Assembly: GCA_963752285.1 (NCBI GenBank)
Contig: CAVVXN010000005.1
Location: 672,001 to 736,000 of the forward strand
Direction: 5' to 3'
Source: an uncultured Planctomycetota bacterium
Lineage (GTDB): Bacteria > Planctomycetota > PLA2 > JAEUHO01
Length of the DNA stretch: 64,000 nt
Under the pieces are notes generated by a model, which was not told the DNA's origin, made no database searches, and saw only the letters and a program-made list of their open reading frames with translations. This document shows, one piece after another, positions 19,515 through 29,017 of the stretch. Numbering within the stretch: the stretch's first letter is position 1; each line of letters opens with the position of its first letter. The position numbers and the translations under genes were made by a program.

Positions 19515-20999
19515 ATGTACCGTCTCTTCCTCTCCCAGCGGTACCTGAGGAGCCGTCTCGTCAACCTGATCGCGGTCGGCGGCGTCATGTTCGGCGTGGC
19601 CGTGCTGATCGTCGTGACGTCGGTGATGGACGGCTTTCGCTCGCGGGTGATGTCGGCGCTCCGGGGAAACCTCTCCGACATCGTCATGACGCCCCTCCTG
19701 CCGGAGGGCCAGGCGCTCCCGCCGTACGAGACGATGGACGCGGCGATCCGCAAGGACCCGCGGGTGGTCGCGACGTCCCCCCAGACCGAGCGGATCGTCT
19801 TCTACCTGTACCCGGCCACCGGTGCGCGCCAGCTCGTCGTGAACGGGCACGCGGTGCAGGAGCTGAGCGCCGTCGGCATCGACTTCGACCGCGAGAAGAA
19901 GGTCTCGGCGATCTCGCGCTACCTGGTCGCCGCCGAGGACCCGGAGCACCCCTTCCGGAGCCGGCGGGCCGACGAGGCGCGAGACCGCCTGGGCGGTACG
20001 GTGCTCGTGAGCCGGACGTTCGCGAAGAGCTTCCTCGGCCTCGAGCAGGGGTATCTCCTGCCGAAGGACCTGATCGGGACCGAGATCCAGATCACCTTCC
20101 TCGACCTGGGCGGGGCGCCGGGCTGGATGCCGCCGGCGCTTCACCCTCCTTCGGGCGCGTCGCCCGACGACCCGCAAGCGTCGGAGGACGGTGTCCCGCC
20201 CCCGCCCCCCCCTCCGGGACCCGGCCCGGGAGCGGGGGGCCCGCCGGGTCCTTCGAACGCGCCGCCGTCCCTGGACCCCGCCGACATCCGCGCCTCCTCG
20301 CGGGGCATCGGCTTCGTGATCTCGGGGGTGTACGACGGGGACGACACGTCGCTCGACGCGACCCGCCTCTACTTCGACCAGGCCACCCTCCGGAAGGTGG
20401 CGGGCATCCAGGACGAGTACCACGTCATCCGCGTGAAGCTGAGGGACCCCGACACGTCGCAGGCGGTCAAGTCGGACTTCCAGCAACGCTTCCCGTCCTT
20501 CGAAACGACGGTGTGGCAGGACCACCGCCGACAGTACCTCCGCGCGGTGAACAACGAGAAGGTCCTGCTGATGATCGTCCTCTCGTTCATCGTGCTGCTC
20601 GGCGGGTTCATCATCCTCGCGACGCTCACGCTGACGGTGGTCGAGAAGACGCGCGACATCGGGGTGCTCGCCGCGCTCGGCGCGAACCGGTCCGGCATCC
20701 TCTCGCTCTTCGTCGGGACCGCGCTCCTGATCGGCACGATCGGGGCCCTCTTCGGCGTCGGGCTCGGCTGGCTGTTCACCGACAACGTGAACACGATCAA
20801 GGACTTCCTCGCGAACCGGATGGGAATCCAGATCTTTCCCGCCGACATCTACCTGTTCCGCGAGATCCCGACGGTCTGGGACTGGAGCAGCGTGCTGTGG
20901 ATCGCGGGCGGCAGCGTGCTGATGGCGGTCGCGGCCGGGGTCGTCCCGGCCCTTCGCGCGGCGCGCATGGACCCCGTGCGGGCGCTTCGCTATGAGTGA
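19515..20999 (+). CDS. Lipoprotein-releasing ABC permease (LolC/E family)
   Basis: YLRSR...VLIVVTSVMDGF; VVEKTRDIGVLAALGA; IYLFREIP; AARMDPVRALRYE. Confidence 0.9.
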   Translation: MYRLFLSQRYLRSRLVNLIAVGGVMFGVAVLIVVTSVMDGFRSRVMSALRGNLSDIVMTPLLPEGQALPPYETMDAAIRKDPRVVATSPQTERIVFYLYPATGARQLVVNGHAVQELSAVGIDFDREKKVSAISRYLVAAEDPEHPFRSRRADEARDRLGGTVLVSRTFAKSFLGLEQGYLLPKDLIGTEIQITFLDLGGAPGWMPPALHPPSGASPDDPQASEDGVPPPPPPPGPGPGAGGPPGPSNAPPSLDPADIRASSRGIGFVISGVYDGDDTSLDATRLYFDQATLRKVAGIQDEYHVIRVKLRDPDTSQAVKSDFQQRFPSFETTVWQDHRRQYLRAVNNEKVLLMIVLSFIVLLGGFIILATLTLTVVEKTRDIGVLAALGANRSGILSLFVGTALLIGTIGALFGVGLGWLFTDNVNTIKDFLANRMGIQIFPADIYLFREIPTVWDWSSVLWIAGGSVLMAVAAGVVPALRAARMDPVRALRYE

Positions 21000-21768
21000 C
21001 GTCTTGCGCTCCGGCCCCGACGGCCCGGCGCCGCGACCGCCTCTCCTCGAGGCGCGCGGGGTCGAGAAGAGCTACCGCGTCGCCGGCGGCCGTCTCGCCG
21101 TGCTCAAAGGCGTCGACCTCGAGGTCCGCGAGGGCGAGATCCTGGCCGTGCTCGGGAAGAGCGGGTGCGGCAAGAGCACCCTCCTCCACGTGATGGGCTG
21201 GCTCGACGGCGCGGACGTCGGCGAGGTGCTCTACGAGGGGAAGGACCGCACGGGCCTTCCCGCGACGGAGCGGGCGCGTCTGCGCAACCGCCTCATGGGG
21301 TTCGTCTTCCAGTTCTACCACCTGCTGCCCGAGCTGACGGCGCTGGAGAACGTACTCCTGCCGACGATGATCCAGCACCGCGTCAGCGCCTGGGGACGCC
21401 ACAAGGCGGCCGCGCGCGAGCGGGCGCGCGCGCTCCTCGCGATCGTCGGGCTCGGCGCGCGCATGGAGCACCGGCCCGGCCAGCTCTCGGGCGGCGAGCG
21501 CCAGCGCGTGGCCATCGCGCGCGCGCTCCAGAACGAGCCGCGCTTCCTGCTCTGCGACGAGCCGACCGGCAACCTCGACGGCCGGACGGCGGAGGACGTG
21601 CGCCGTCTCCTGTGGGAGCTGAACGCCCGGTCGGGGCAGACCATGGTGGTCGTGACGCACGACGCGAAGCTTGCCGACGAGGCGCACCGCGCGGTCCGCC
21701 TCGTGGACGGACGCGTCGAAGCACGCGAGCCCACGGCGCCGGACCTGGTCGAAGAGATCGAACGCTGA
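20992..21768 (+). CDS. lolD: Lipoprotein-releasing ABC ATPase
   Basis: GKSGCGKST, GFVFQFYHLL, LSGGERQR, DEPTGNLD, VTHD; overlaps permease stop. Confidence 0.88.
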   Translation: MSDVLRSGPDGPAPRPPLLEARGVEKSYRVAGGRLAVLKGVDLEVREGEILAVLGKSGCGKSTLLHVMGWLDGADVGEVLYEGKDRTGLPATERARLRNRLMGFVFQFYHLLPELTALENVLLPTMIQHRVSAWGRHKAAARERARALLAIVGLGARMEHRPGQLSGGERQRVAIARALQNEPRFLLCDEPTGNLDGRTAEDVRRLLWELNARSGQTMVVVTHDAKLADEAHRAVRLVDGRVEAREPTAPDLVEEIER

Positions 21769-21792
21769 GGGCGCGGGCCCGCGCCGGCGGGC

Positions 21793-22458
21793 TCAGCGCA
21801 CCGCGTCGGCCGCGCCGCGGCGGTGCCGGTCGAAGGTCGGGCAGACGTGGAACCCGCGGACCGCGCGACACGGCCCGAGGATCTCGGACCAGAAGAAGCC
21901 CGCCCGGGCCGCCTCCCGGTCGGGTCGCCCCTCGCGCCCGCCCATGAGGCGCCGAAACGCGTCCCGTACGCGGCGGGCCTGCTGGGCGTTCGCGGACATC
22001 GTGTCGGGGAGCTGCCCGAGGGGGGCGCCGAGCTCGTGGATCGGGCGCCGGTCGATGTGTCCGAGGTCGGTGGACAGGCCCTCGTACGCGCCCGAGACGG
22101 TCGGCGCCTCGGACGACTCGCCGGCGCGCCACGCGGCGCGCCGGAGCGGCTGCGGGGCCTTCGGCGGCGCGAGCGCGCGACGAGTGCGCATCGCCTCGCG
22201 GAGCGACACGACGGGCGGGGGCGGCGCCAGGTCCGGGGGCGGCGGGGGCGCTGGCTCGGGCGGGCGCGGCGGGGGCGCCGGGGGCGGCCGGAACAGGTCG
22301 CCGATGCCGAAGAGGGGCGTGGGCGGGCCGTGGGGCGGCCCCCGGCGGGGCACTCCGCCCCCGCGCCGGTCCCGCTGCTTCGCCTCCGCGATCGACTTGA
22401 TCACCCAACCGACGAAGAGGAGGGCGACGAAGATGATCTGGAAGAGGGAGTCGTCCAC
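21793..22458 (-). CDS. N-terminally anchored Pro-rich protein (third gene of floA operons, YqfB-like)
   Basis: N-terminal TM; C-terminal AGFFWSEILGPCRA; directly after floA. Confidence 0.7.
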   Translation of the reverse strand: MDDSLFQIIFVALLFVGWVIKSIAEAKQRDRRGGGVPRRGPPHGPPTPLFGIGDLFRPPPAPPPRPPEPAPPPPPDLAPPPPVVSLREAMRTRRALAPPKAPQPLRRAAWRAGESSEAPTVSGAYEGLSTDLGHIDRRPIHELGAPLGQLPDTMSANAQQARRVRDAFRRLMGGREGRPDREAARAGFFWSEILGPCRAVRGFHVCPTFDRHRRGAADAVR

Positions 22459-22468
22459 GGAGTCGCCC

Positions 22469-23524
22469 TCACGCCCCGGTCGGGGGCGTGGAGGCCCCGG
22501 GACGCTGCTCGGTGCCGCCGAGGCTCTCCCGCATGGCCGTGTCGGCCTGGATGTTCTTCAGGTTGTAGTAGTCGAGCACGCCGAGGTGTCCGTCCCGGAG
22601 CGACTGTGCGAGGGCCTTCGGCACGTCGGCCTCGGCGAGCACGACCTTCGCGCGGTTCTCGACGACGGCCGCCCGCATCTCCTGCTCGCGCGCGACCGCG
22701 AGCGCGCGGCGCTCCTCCGCCTTCGCCTGGGCCACGCGCTTGTCCGCCTCGGCCTGGTCGGCCTGGAGGCGTGCGCCGATGTTCTCGCCGATGTCCACGT
22801 CGGCGATGTCGATCGAGAGGATGGAGAACGCCGTACCGGCGTCGAGCGCCTTCGCGAGGACCGTCTTGGAGATGAGGTCGGGGTTCTCGAGCACCTTCTT
22901 GTGGCTCTCGGCCGAGCCGATCGTGCTGACGATGCCCTCGCCGACGCGCGCGATGATGGTCTCCTCGGTCGCGCCGCCGACGAGCTGCTTCAGGTTCGTC
23001 CTCACCGTGACGCGCGCGCGCGCGAGCACCTGGATGCCGTCCTTGGCGACGGCGGCGACGGCCGGCTTGTCCTTGCGAGGATCGGGGCAGTCGATGACCT
23101 TCGGGTTGACGCTCGTCTGGATCGCGTCGAGCACGTCGCGCCCCGCGAGGTCGATCGCGGCCGCCGTCGGGAAGTCGAGGTTGATGCGGGCACGGTCCGC
23201 GGCGATGAGCGCGCGGGCGGTGTTCGTCACGTTGCCGCCCGCCAGGTAGTGGGCCTCGAGGTCGCGGGTCTGGATGGGAAGGCCCGCCTGCACCATCGCG
23301 ATCTTGGACCGGACGATCACGGCTGCGTTCACCTTCCGGAGCCACATGCCCACGAGCTCGAAGATCGAGATCTCGGCGCCGGCGAAGTACGCCTGGATCC
23401 AGAGCTTGAAGAACTTGAGGAAGACCAGGAGGGCGACGAAGACGACCAGGAGGCCGATCACGAGGAGGATCGTGCCCACCTCGACGTCGGCCAGAAGGGG
23501 CGAAGGGAAGCGGGAGAGGGGCAT
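22469..23524 (-). CDS. floA: Flotillin-like protein FloA (YqfA)
   Basis: [65 protein letters not shown]. Confidence 0.95.
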   Translation of the reverse strand: MPLSRFPSPLLADVEVGTILLVIGLLVVFVALLVFLKFFKLWIQAYFAGAEISIFELVGMWLRKVNAAVIVRSKIAMVQAGLPIQTRDLEAHYLAGGNVTNTARALIAADRARINLDFPTAAAIDLAGRDVLDAIQTSVNPKVIDCPDPRKDKPAVAAVAKDGIQVLARARVTVRTNLKQLVGGATEETIIARVGEGIVSTIGSAESHKKVLENPDLISKTVLAKALDAGTAFSILSIDIADVDIGENIGARLQADQAEADKRVAQAKAEERRALAVAREQEMRAAVVENRAKVVLAEADVPKALAQSLRDGHLGVLDYYNLKNIQADTAMRESLGGTEQRPGASTPPTGA

Positions 23525-23537
23525 CGGACCTCCGGGG

Positions 23538-24035
23538 CTACGTGGGGGAGCCGTCCGCGGGCGTCGCGTTCGGGACGGGTCGTACCTTGACCTCGGTCCC
23601 GTCCACGGCGCGGACGAGGATCTCGGTTCCGGCGGGGAGCATCCCCGACTCGGAGAGCACGGTGAGGCGGGTCCCGTCGATGTCCGCCGTGCCGGACGGG
23701 CGCAGGTCGGAGAGGGCGACGCCGCGCCGCCCCGCGAAGTGGTCCAGCGAGGGGAGGCTGGCCGCAGGACGGGTCTGCGGCCCGGTGAGCAGCATGCGCC
23801 GCCCGAACGGGAGCTTCGGGAGCACGCGGAACGCGCCGCGCACGACGAACGGGATCCCGACGATCTCCGCCACGACGAGCGACCAGCCGTACAGGTCGCT
23901 CTGCTGGAACGCCAGGACGTCCGCCGTGAGGATCAGCGAGATCGCGCCGATGCTGAGGAGCCCCATGCTGACGAAGAACACCTCGGCGATCACGAACGCG
24001 AAGCCGAGGAGCATCAGGACGACGGGGAGGATCAT
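23538..24035 (-). CDS. Short NfeD-family protein
   Basis: TM helices plus OB-fold [17 protein letters not shown] overlap. Confidence 0.85.
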   Translation of the reverse strand: MILPVVLMLLGFAFVIAEVFFVSMGLLSIGAISLILTADVLAFQQSDLYGWSLVVAEIVGIPFVVRGAFRVLPKLPFGRRMLLTGPQTRPAASLPSLDHFAGRRGVALSDLRPSGTADIDGTRLTVLSESGMLPAGTEILVRAVDGTEVKVRPVPNATPADGSPT

Positions 24036-25609
24036 GCGTCTCCCTCGTCCTCTCCTTCGCCGAGTCCTTCTTCGACCGCGCGCACCGTGACGGTGTTGCC
24101 CTCGACGGCCACCACCTCGACGGTACGCCCGGAGCGCACGAACCCGCCCTCGGTCACGACGTCTACGAGCCGGCCGTCCACCTGCATCGTGCCCGCGGGC
24201 CGGAGCGTGGAGACGGCCACGCCGCGCACCCCGGGGGCGGGCGGGGGGGACGACGGAGCCACCGACACCGGGGATCCGCCCGGCGCGGACAGGAGCAGCC
24301 GGCGCGCCGGCCCGATGCGGGGCGCGTACCGCGAGACGATCGCGAGCAGGACGAGGCCGACGAGGACCGTCGACACGAACTGGAGCCCGAACGAGACCGT
24401 GTCGCCCCAGCGGCCGGAGGGCGCGCCTCCGGAGCCCCGCCACTGCACGTCGAGCGCGAGCGCGAGGAACCCGAACCCGATCAGCGCGATCCCCGCGATC
24501 CCGACGAACCCGAAGCCGGGGATCACGAAGATCTCGACCGCGAGGAGCACGACCCCGACCCCGATCAAGAGGAGCGGCAGGCCGTTCAGCTGGTCGGCCG
24601 TCGCGTTGATCAGGAGGAGGAGCGCGAGCGCGCCGAGCCCCACGAACGTCGTCGTCCCGATGCCCTGGAAGAACGTGACCAGGACCGCCACCATCACGAC
24701 GGCGGAGAGGATCCCCGCGAATCCGAGCAGGAGGCGGCACGCGTTCTCGGAGAACGACATCTCACGTTGCCCGACCCGGGCGCCCCGCGCGGAGAGAGCG
24801 CTGAGGAGCGCGCTCTCGGAGTCGGGGTAGAGGGCGCCGCCCTCGAACGTCCGGCGGAGGAACCCGAAGCGCGCGGCCTCGCGTGCGGTCATCGTGAGGA
24901 GCTCGCCTTCGCGAACGACCGGCGTCCCGACCTGGACGAGCTCGTCCTTCGTCCAGGCGCCGACGACCTTGGCGTCGGCGGCGGCGTCGCGGAAGTCCTG
25001 GCCCTCGACGTAGTGGAGGCCGCCCTCGGGGTCGCGCACCTGGAGCACCTCGAGCGACGCCGAGACCATCGCCTCGGCGAGTGCCGCGGGGTAGCCGTTC
25101 CGCTCGGCGTACGCGCGGAACTTCGCGCGGAGCGGGCTCTCGAACTTCTCGCCGACGGGCTTCGGCGCGCCGCCGGGCTCCATCGTGATCGGCTGCGCGT
25201 CGCCGAGGTGCGCATCGCGTCCCATGACGATCTCGTCGCAGGAGAGCGAGACCATGGCGGCGCCGCTGTAGGCCATCTGGGGCACCCACGCCACGACGTG
25301 GATGGACTCGGGGACCCCGAGCAGCAGGTCGCCCGTGTGCATGCTGTCGAAGACGGTGCCGCCCGGGCTGTCGATCCGAAGGACGAGGCAGTCTACGTGG
25401 TCCTCCTCCGCCGACTCGACCTGGCGCTTCGTGTAGGCCGCGAGCACCCCCTCGATCTCGCCGGGGAAGTCCACGACGCGGATGTCGTGGTACGTGCCGG
25501 TGAGCGGCTGCGGCGACGACGCCCCGTCCTCCTCCGCGTGGAGGAGCGACGCGCCGACGGCGAGGCACGAGAGCGCGACGGCCAGGACGAGACGAGCCGG
25601 GGACTTCAC
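24032..25609 (-). CDS. Long NfeD protein (ClpP-like serine protease domain, TM, OB-fold)
   Basis: IDSPGG, AYSGAA, EIFVIPGFG, LRPAG. Confidence 0.88.
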   Translation of the reverse strand: MKSPARLVLAVALSCLAVGASLLHAEEDGASSPQPLTGTYHDIRVVDFPGEIEGVLAAYTKRQVESAEEDHVDCLVLRIDSPGGTVFDSMHTGDLLLGVPESIHVVAWVPQMAYSGAAMVSLSCDEIVMGRDAHLGDAQPITMEPGGAPKPVGEKFESPLRAKFRAYAERNGYPAALAEAMVSASLEVLQVRDPEGGLHYVEGQDFRDAAADAKVVGAWTKDELVQVGTPVVREGELLTMTAREAARFGFLRRTFEGGALYPDSESALLSALSARGARVGQREMSFSENACRLLLGFAGILSAVVMVAVLVTFFQGIGTTTFVGLGALALLLLINATADQLNGLPLLLIGVGVVLLAVEIFVIPGFGFVGIAGIALIGFGFLALALDVQWRGSGGAPSGRWGDTVSFGLQFVSTVLVGLVLLAIVSRYAPRIGPARRLLLSAPGGSPVSVAPSSPPPAPGVRGVAVSTLRPAGTMQVDGRLVDVVTEGGFVRSGRTVEVVAVEGNTVTVRAVEEGLGEGEDEGDA

Positions 25610-25688
25610 GAGAGGCGATCGTACCCCCCTCAGGGGCAGGGTCGATTCGCGAAGGGCGCGTTCGGCCGCCGGGCGCTCGGCGCCCGGC

Positions 25689-27314
25689 TCACGGACTCGA
25701 GAAGGTGCCCTCCAGCCAGAGCGCGCCGAGGCTCCCCGGACCCGAGCCGAGGAACGTGGTCGTGTCGATCGATCCGCTCACGTCCACGTACGCGTCGGGG
25801 CGACCGCCGCCGCTCCCGTCTACGGTCATGGCGCCGAGCGCGCGCCCGCTGACCGTCTCGAGGAGCGACCACCCGGGCACGAAGTTCGTTCCGAAGCCGG
25901 CGCCGCCGACCACGTCGTCGGGCAGCGCGACGAGGTAGAGGCGGCCGGGCGTCGGGGCCGGGTACGAGAAGAGGTCGCCGAACCCCGCGACGAGCAGCGC
26001 GCGTCCCGCGGCGACGAGACCGACGGACGTGACGTTCGCTCCGGGGCGTCCCGCGTCGTCGGCCGCGATCGGGATCCCGTTGTTCGCTCCCCGCAGCACC
26101 GCGAGACGCGTCGCGTCGATCGGGTCGGCGTACAGACCGTCGAGGCGGAGCAGGTAGACCTCGCCGGTGACGGCGGAGGGGAAGAACCCGACCTGATGCC
26201 CGGCACGATCGGACCCCAGCGCCGGCCGCGCGGCCGCGAGACCGACCATCCCCAGCTCGAACCGGCCGAGCCAGGCGTCGGTCGTGGCGTCGTACGCCTC
26301 CACGCTCGCGGGCGTCGTCGGGACGAGCGCGTACGACGCGTCGTACCCGGTCGCGCCCGCCACCGTGACGAGGAGCCGCGGCCCGGCCGGCGAGCCGATC
26401 CGCTGGAGGGCGACCGGGTCGTAGCCGTCGAGACGGATCGTCTCGGTCGCGAGCGCGCCCGCGGGGCGGGCGCGCACGGGCTGCGCGTCGAGCGCGTACA
26501 CGTCGAACACCTCGATCGTGCCCGGCTCCTTCGTGGCGCCGTAGCTCGGCGCGCCGAAGACGACGTTCGCCATGGCGACGTAGAGATGTCCCCGCAGGGT
26601 CCCCGTCGGCACGTAGCAGACCGCCTCGGCCTGCGACTGGCGGTAGCCCGACGCCGGGAGCGTCCCGCCGTCCGAGTCGGCGCGGCCCTGGGACGGGACG
26701 ACGGTCGCCAGGTCCACGACCTGGAGTACGACGCCGCGCGTCGGGTCGAACGCGACGAGGTCCGAGAGCGTCGGATCGGTGTCCGAGCCGCCCGCGTTCA
26801 CGAGCGCGAACCCGAGGTGGTCGGAAGCGATCTCGAGGTCGTTCAGGTAACAGCCGAAGCCGATCGGCGCCGCGAGGGTCGGGGGGTGGCCGTGACTGTC
26901 CACGAGGCGGTCGAGCGTGATCGTCACGGGAAGGAAGCGCGTGGAGCGCGCGGGCACGACCCCGGCGACGTCCACCGCGACGATCGTGGCGCCGTCCGCC
27001 TCGATCTGGTCGGCGTCGTCCGTGAACACGACGCCTTCGTGGCGGACGACGTCCGACGGGAAGCTCCCGTACAGCGCGACGCGTTCGTGAGGGAACGCGT
27101 CCGCGTCGAAGTGGGGCGCGCGCCCCGGCGGAGCGGGGGGCGGCGCGGGGACCTCGCCGCCGTGCCCGACCGGCGCCCCCGGGAGCGACGCGACGAACGG
27201 GCCCGGCGAGGCCGTCGGGGCGGAGCCTCCGCCGCAGCCCGCGGCGAGAAGGGAGACGAGGGACGCGACGACGAGCGCGACGGGGCGCGCGCGAGGAGAG
27301 AGGCGGTACGACAT
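25689..27314 (-). CDS. Lipoprotein, probable beta-propeller, downstream of a cobalamin riboswitch
   Basis: Lipobox LAAG-C; GGAGG SD; repeated beta-strand/Asp patterns. Confidence 0.8.
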   Translation of the reverse strand: MSYRLSPRARPVALVVASLVSLLAAGCGGGSAPTASPGPFVASLPGAPVGHGGEVPAPPPAPPGRAPHFDADAFPHERVALYGSFPSDVVRHEGVVFTDDADQIEADGATIVAVDVAGVVPARSTRFLPVTITLDRLVDSHGHPPTLAAPIGFGCYLNDLEIASDHLGFALVNAGGSDTDPTLSDLVAFDPTRGVVLQVVDLATVVPSQGRADSDGGTLPASGYRQSQAEAVCYVPTGTLRGHLYVAMANVVFGAPSYGATKEPGTIEVFDVYALDAQPVRARPAGALATETIRLDGYDPVALQRIGSPAGPRLLVTVAGATGYDASYALVPTTPASVEAYDATTDAWLGRFELGMVGLAAARPALGSDRAGHQVGFFPSAVTGEVYLLRLDGLYADPIDATRLAVLRGANNGIPIAADDAGRPGANVTSVGLVAAGRALLVAGFGDLFSYPAPTPGRLYLVALPDDVVGGAGFGTNFVPGWSLLETVSGRALGAMTVDGSGGGRPDAYVDVSGSIDTTTFLGSGPGSLGALWLEGTFSSP

Positions 27315-27486
27315 CGGGACCTCCCCTCCGGCGACGGCCGCCCGACGGGCGGCGCGAGGACGATGCGCCGACCGCGGGAGGGTCGGTCGCGTCCGCACTC
27401 AGGGCCCGAGCACGCCTCCCGGCGCCGGCGCGGGGCCGGCCGGGTCTCGTGCTCCGACGCTCTACACCGGAGTGACCAGGGACACG

Positions 27487-27691
27487 ACCCACGGTCCGGT
27501 CTTCTGGCTTCCGGATCGTCCTTCCTCCGCGCCTTCCCGCGCCCTTCGAGCGCAGTGGCGTGTCGGTCGGCGCTACGAACGCGTGGTTCGAACGCACGAC
27601 CCGAGCGGAGGTCGTCCCCGGTCACAGCGGCGGGTCCGCGGGGGCATCGCACCCCTCTTCCGACCCCGTACGGGGGTCATGGACCGCGGGT
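27487..27691 (-). ncRNA. Cobalamin riboswitch
   Basis: Minus strand GGAA...GGTG...CCCGCCGCTGTGA...GCCACTG...GGGAAGG...AGCCAGAAGACC; P1 ACCCGCGGTCC pairs with GGACCGTGGGT. Confidence 0.9.
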
Positions 27692-27799
27692 CTCGAAGGG
27701 GAAGGGAAAAGAGCCGCCCGAGTGTAGTCGCCCGGTGCTCGGGGCGAAGCGTCTCTCCTGGGAGCGCGGGGCGGGCGGGGCCTTCGCCCGCCTTCGCGA

Positions 27800-27827
27800 T
27801 TGACGAACCGGCCTCCACGGTGAGAAT
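27800..27827 (+). promoter_or_regulatory. Candidate sigma-70 promoter of the tRNA
   Basis: TTGACG-N16-GAGAAT about 20 nt upstream of the tRNA. Confidence 0.45.
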
Positions 27828-27848
27828 CTCTCCCCTCCCGACGCGACT

Positions 27849-27924
<76 letters not shown>

Positions 27925-28125
27925 CCCCTCGCGTCCCCGAACGTCCCCGCGCCGCCGGCCCGCCGGGCGGGACCGAGGGGCCGAGGCGCCCCCCCAGGTC
28001 CGGGGGGGAGAGCGCCCATCGACCCCCAGGGGTAGGACCCGGGACGGGTTTCGCCCTTTCCCTCTGTCGGGGGGGCCCGTAGGATCCGCGATGGAACCCG
28101 AGGACGCAGCCGGGAGGGCCTCGCC

Positions 28126-28995
28126 GTGCTGGAACCCGCTCATGACCTGGACCCGGGGCGGTCCGAGCCGCGCGCCGTCCCCGAGACGGACTCCCTCCTC
28201 TCGCGCCTCTTCGGAGTGCGGCGCGGAGACGGCGTCGCCGTCGAGGGCGTGCGCGGCTCCGCCCCTCCCGCCGCCGCGGACCGCGGCCTCGGTCTGGAGC
28301 GCACGCGGCACGCCGAGGGGAGCGACGGGCTGCGCGAGGAGATCGGCGAGCGCGTGAGCAGCGGCTTCCGCGACCTCTCGCGCCTGCTCGTCGCGATCAA
28401 GGAGACGCTCCAGGACCGCGACGGCCAGGTGCGTCAGACGCTCGCCGCGCTGCCCGACTACCTCCAGCAGGTGCCGCGCATCCAGCGGGCGCAGATCGAG
28501 TGCATGGCCCAGATCTCGCGGCAGCTCGAGCACATGGGCACCGGCACGCGCGACGTCCTCGCGCGCCTCGACAGCGTGCCCGACCTCCTCCGCTCGCTCG
28601 CGCTCCACCAGTCCGAGCAGTCGCGCTTCCTCGACGACCTGCAGGCCCGCACCGCCGAGGCTCTCGGCGTGCAGTCGAAGGCCATCCGCGAGGGACTCGA
28701 GACGAGCCGGCGACAGGCGGACTCGCAGCTCCAGACGATCCGATCGATCGCGTCCACCCAGGAGGACGTCTTCGCGACGTTCCAGAGCACGCAGAACCGC
28801 GCGCTCAACGTCTTCCACCGCGCGCAGCAGCAGGCCACCGCCCAGCACCGCGAGACGCAGCGGGTGATGAGCCGTCAGATCGAGATGCTGGTCGAGAAGG
28901 TGCACTCCGCGCAGACGCGCGTGTTCTGGCTCTCGATCGGTTTCGCCGCGCTGCTCGCGGCGGGGCTGATCGCGGTGCTCGTGTTCGGCGGCTGA
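28126..28995 (+). CDS. Gln-rich coiled-coil protein with C-terminal membrane anchor
   Basis: GGGAGG SD; long helical region; terminal VFWLSIGFAALLAAGLIAVLVFGG. Confidence 0.8.
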   Translation: MLEPAHDLDPGRSEPRAVPETDSLLSRLFGVRRGDGVAVEGVRGSAPPAAADRGLGLERTRHAEGSDGLREEIGERVSSGFRDLSRLLVAIKETLQDRDGQVRQTLAALPDYLQQVPRIQRAQIECMAQISRQLEHMGTGTRDVLARLDSVPDLLRSLALHQSEQSRFLDDLQARTAEALGVQSKAIREGLETSRRQADSQLQTIRSIASTQEDVFATFQSTQNRALNVFHRAQQQATAQHRETQRVMSRQIEMLVEKVHSAQTRVFWLSIGFAALLAAGLIAVLVFGG

Positions 28996-29017
28996 GCCGA
29001 GTCCGTCCCGACCGGGC

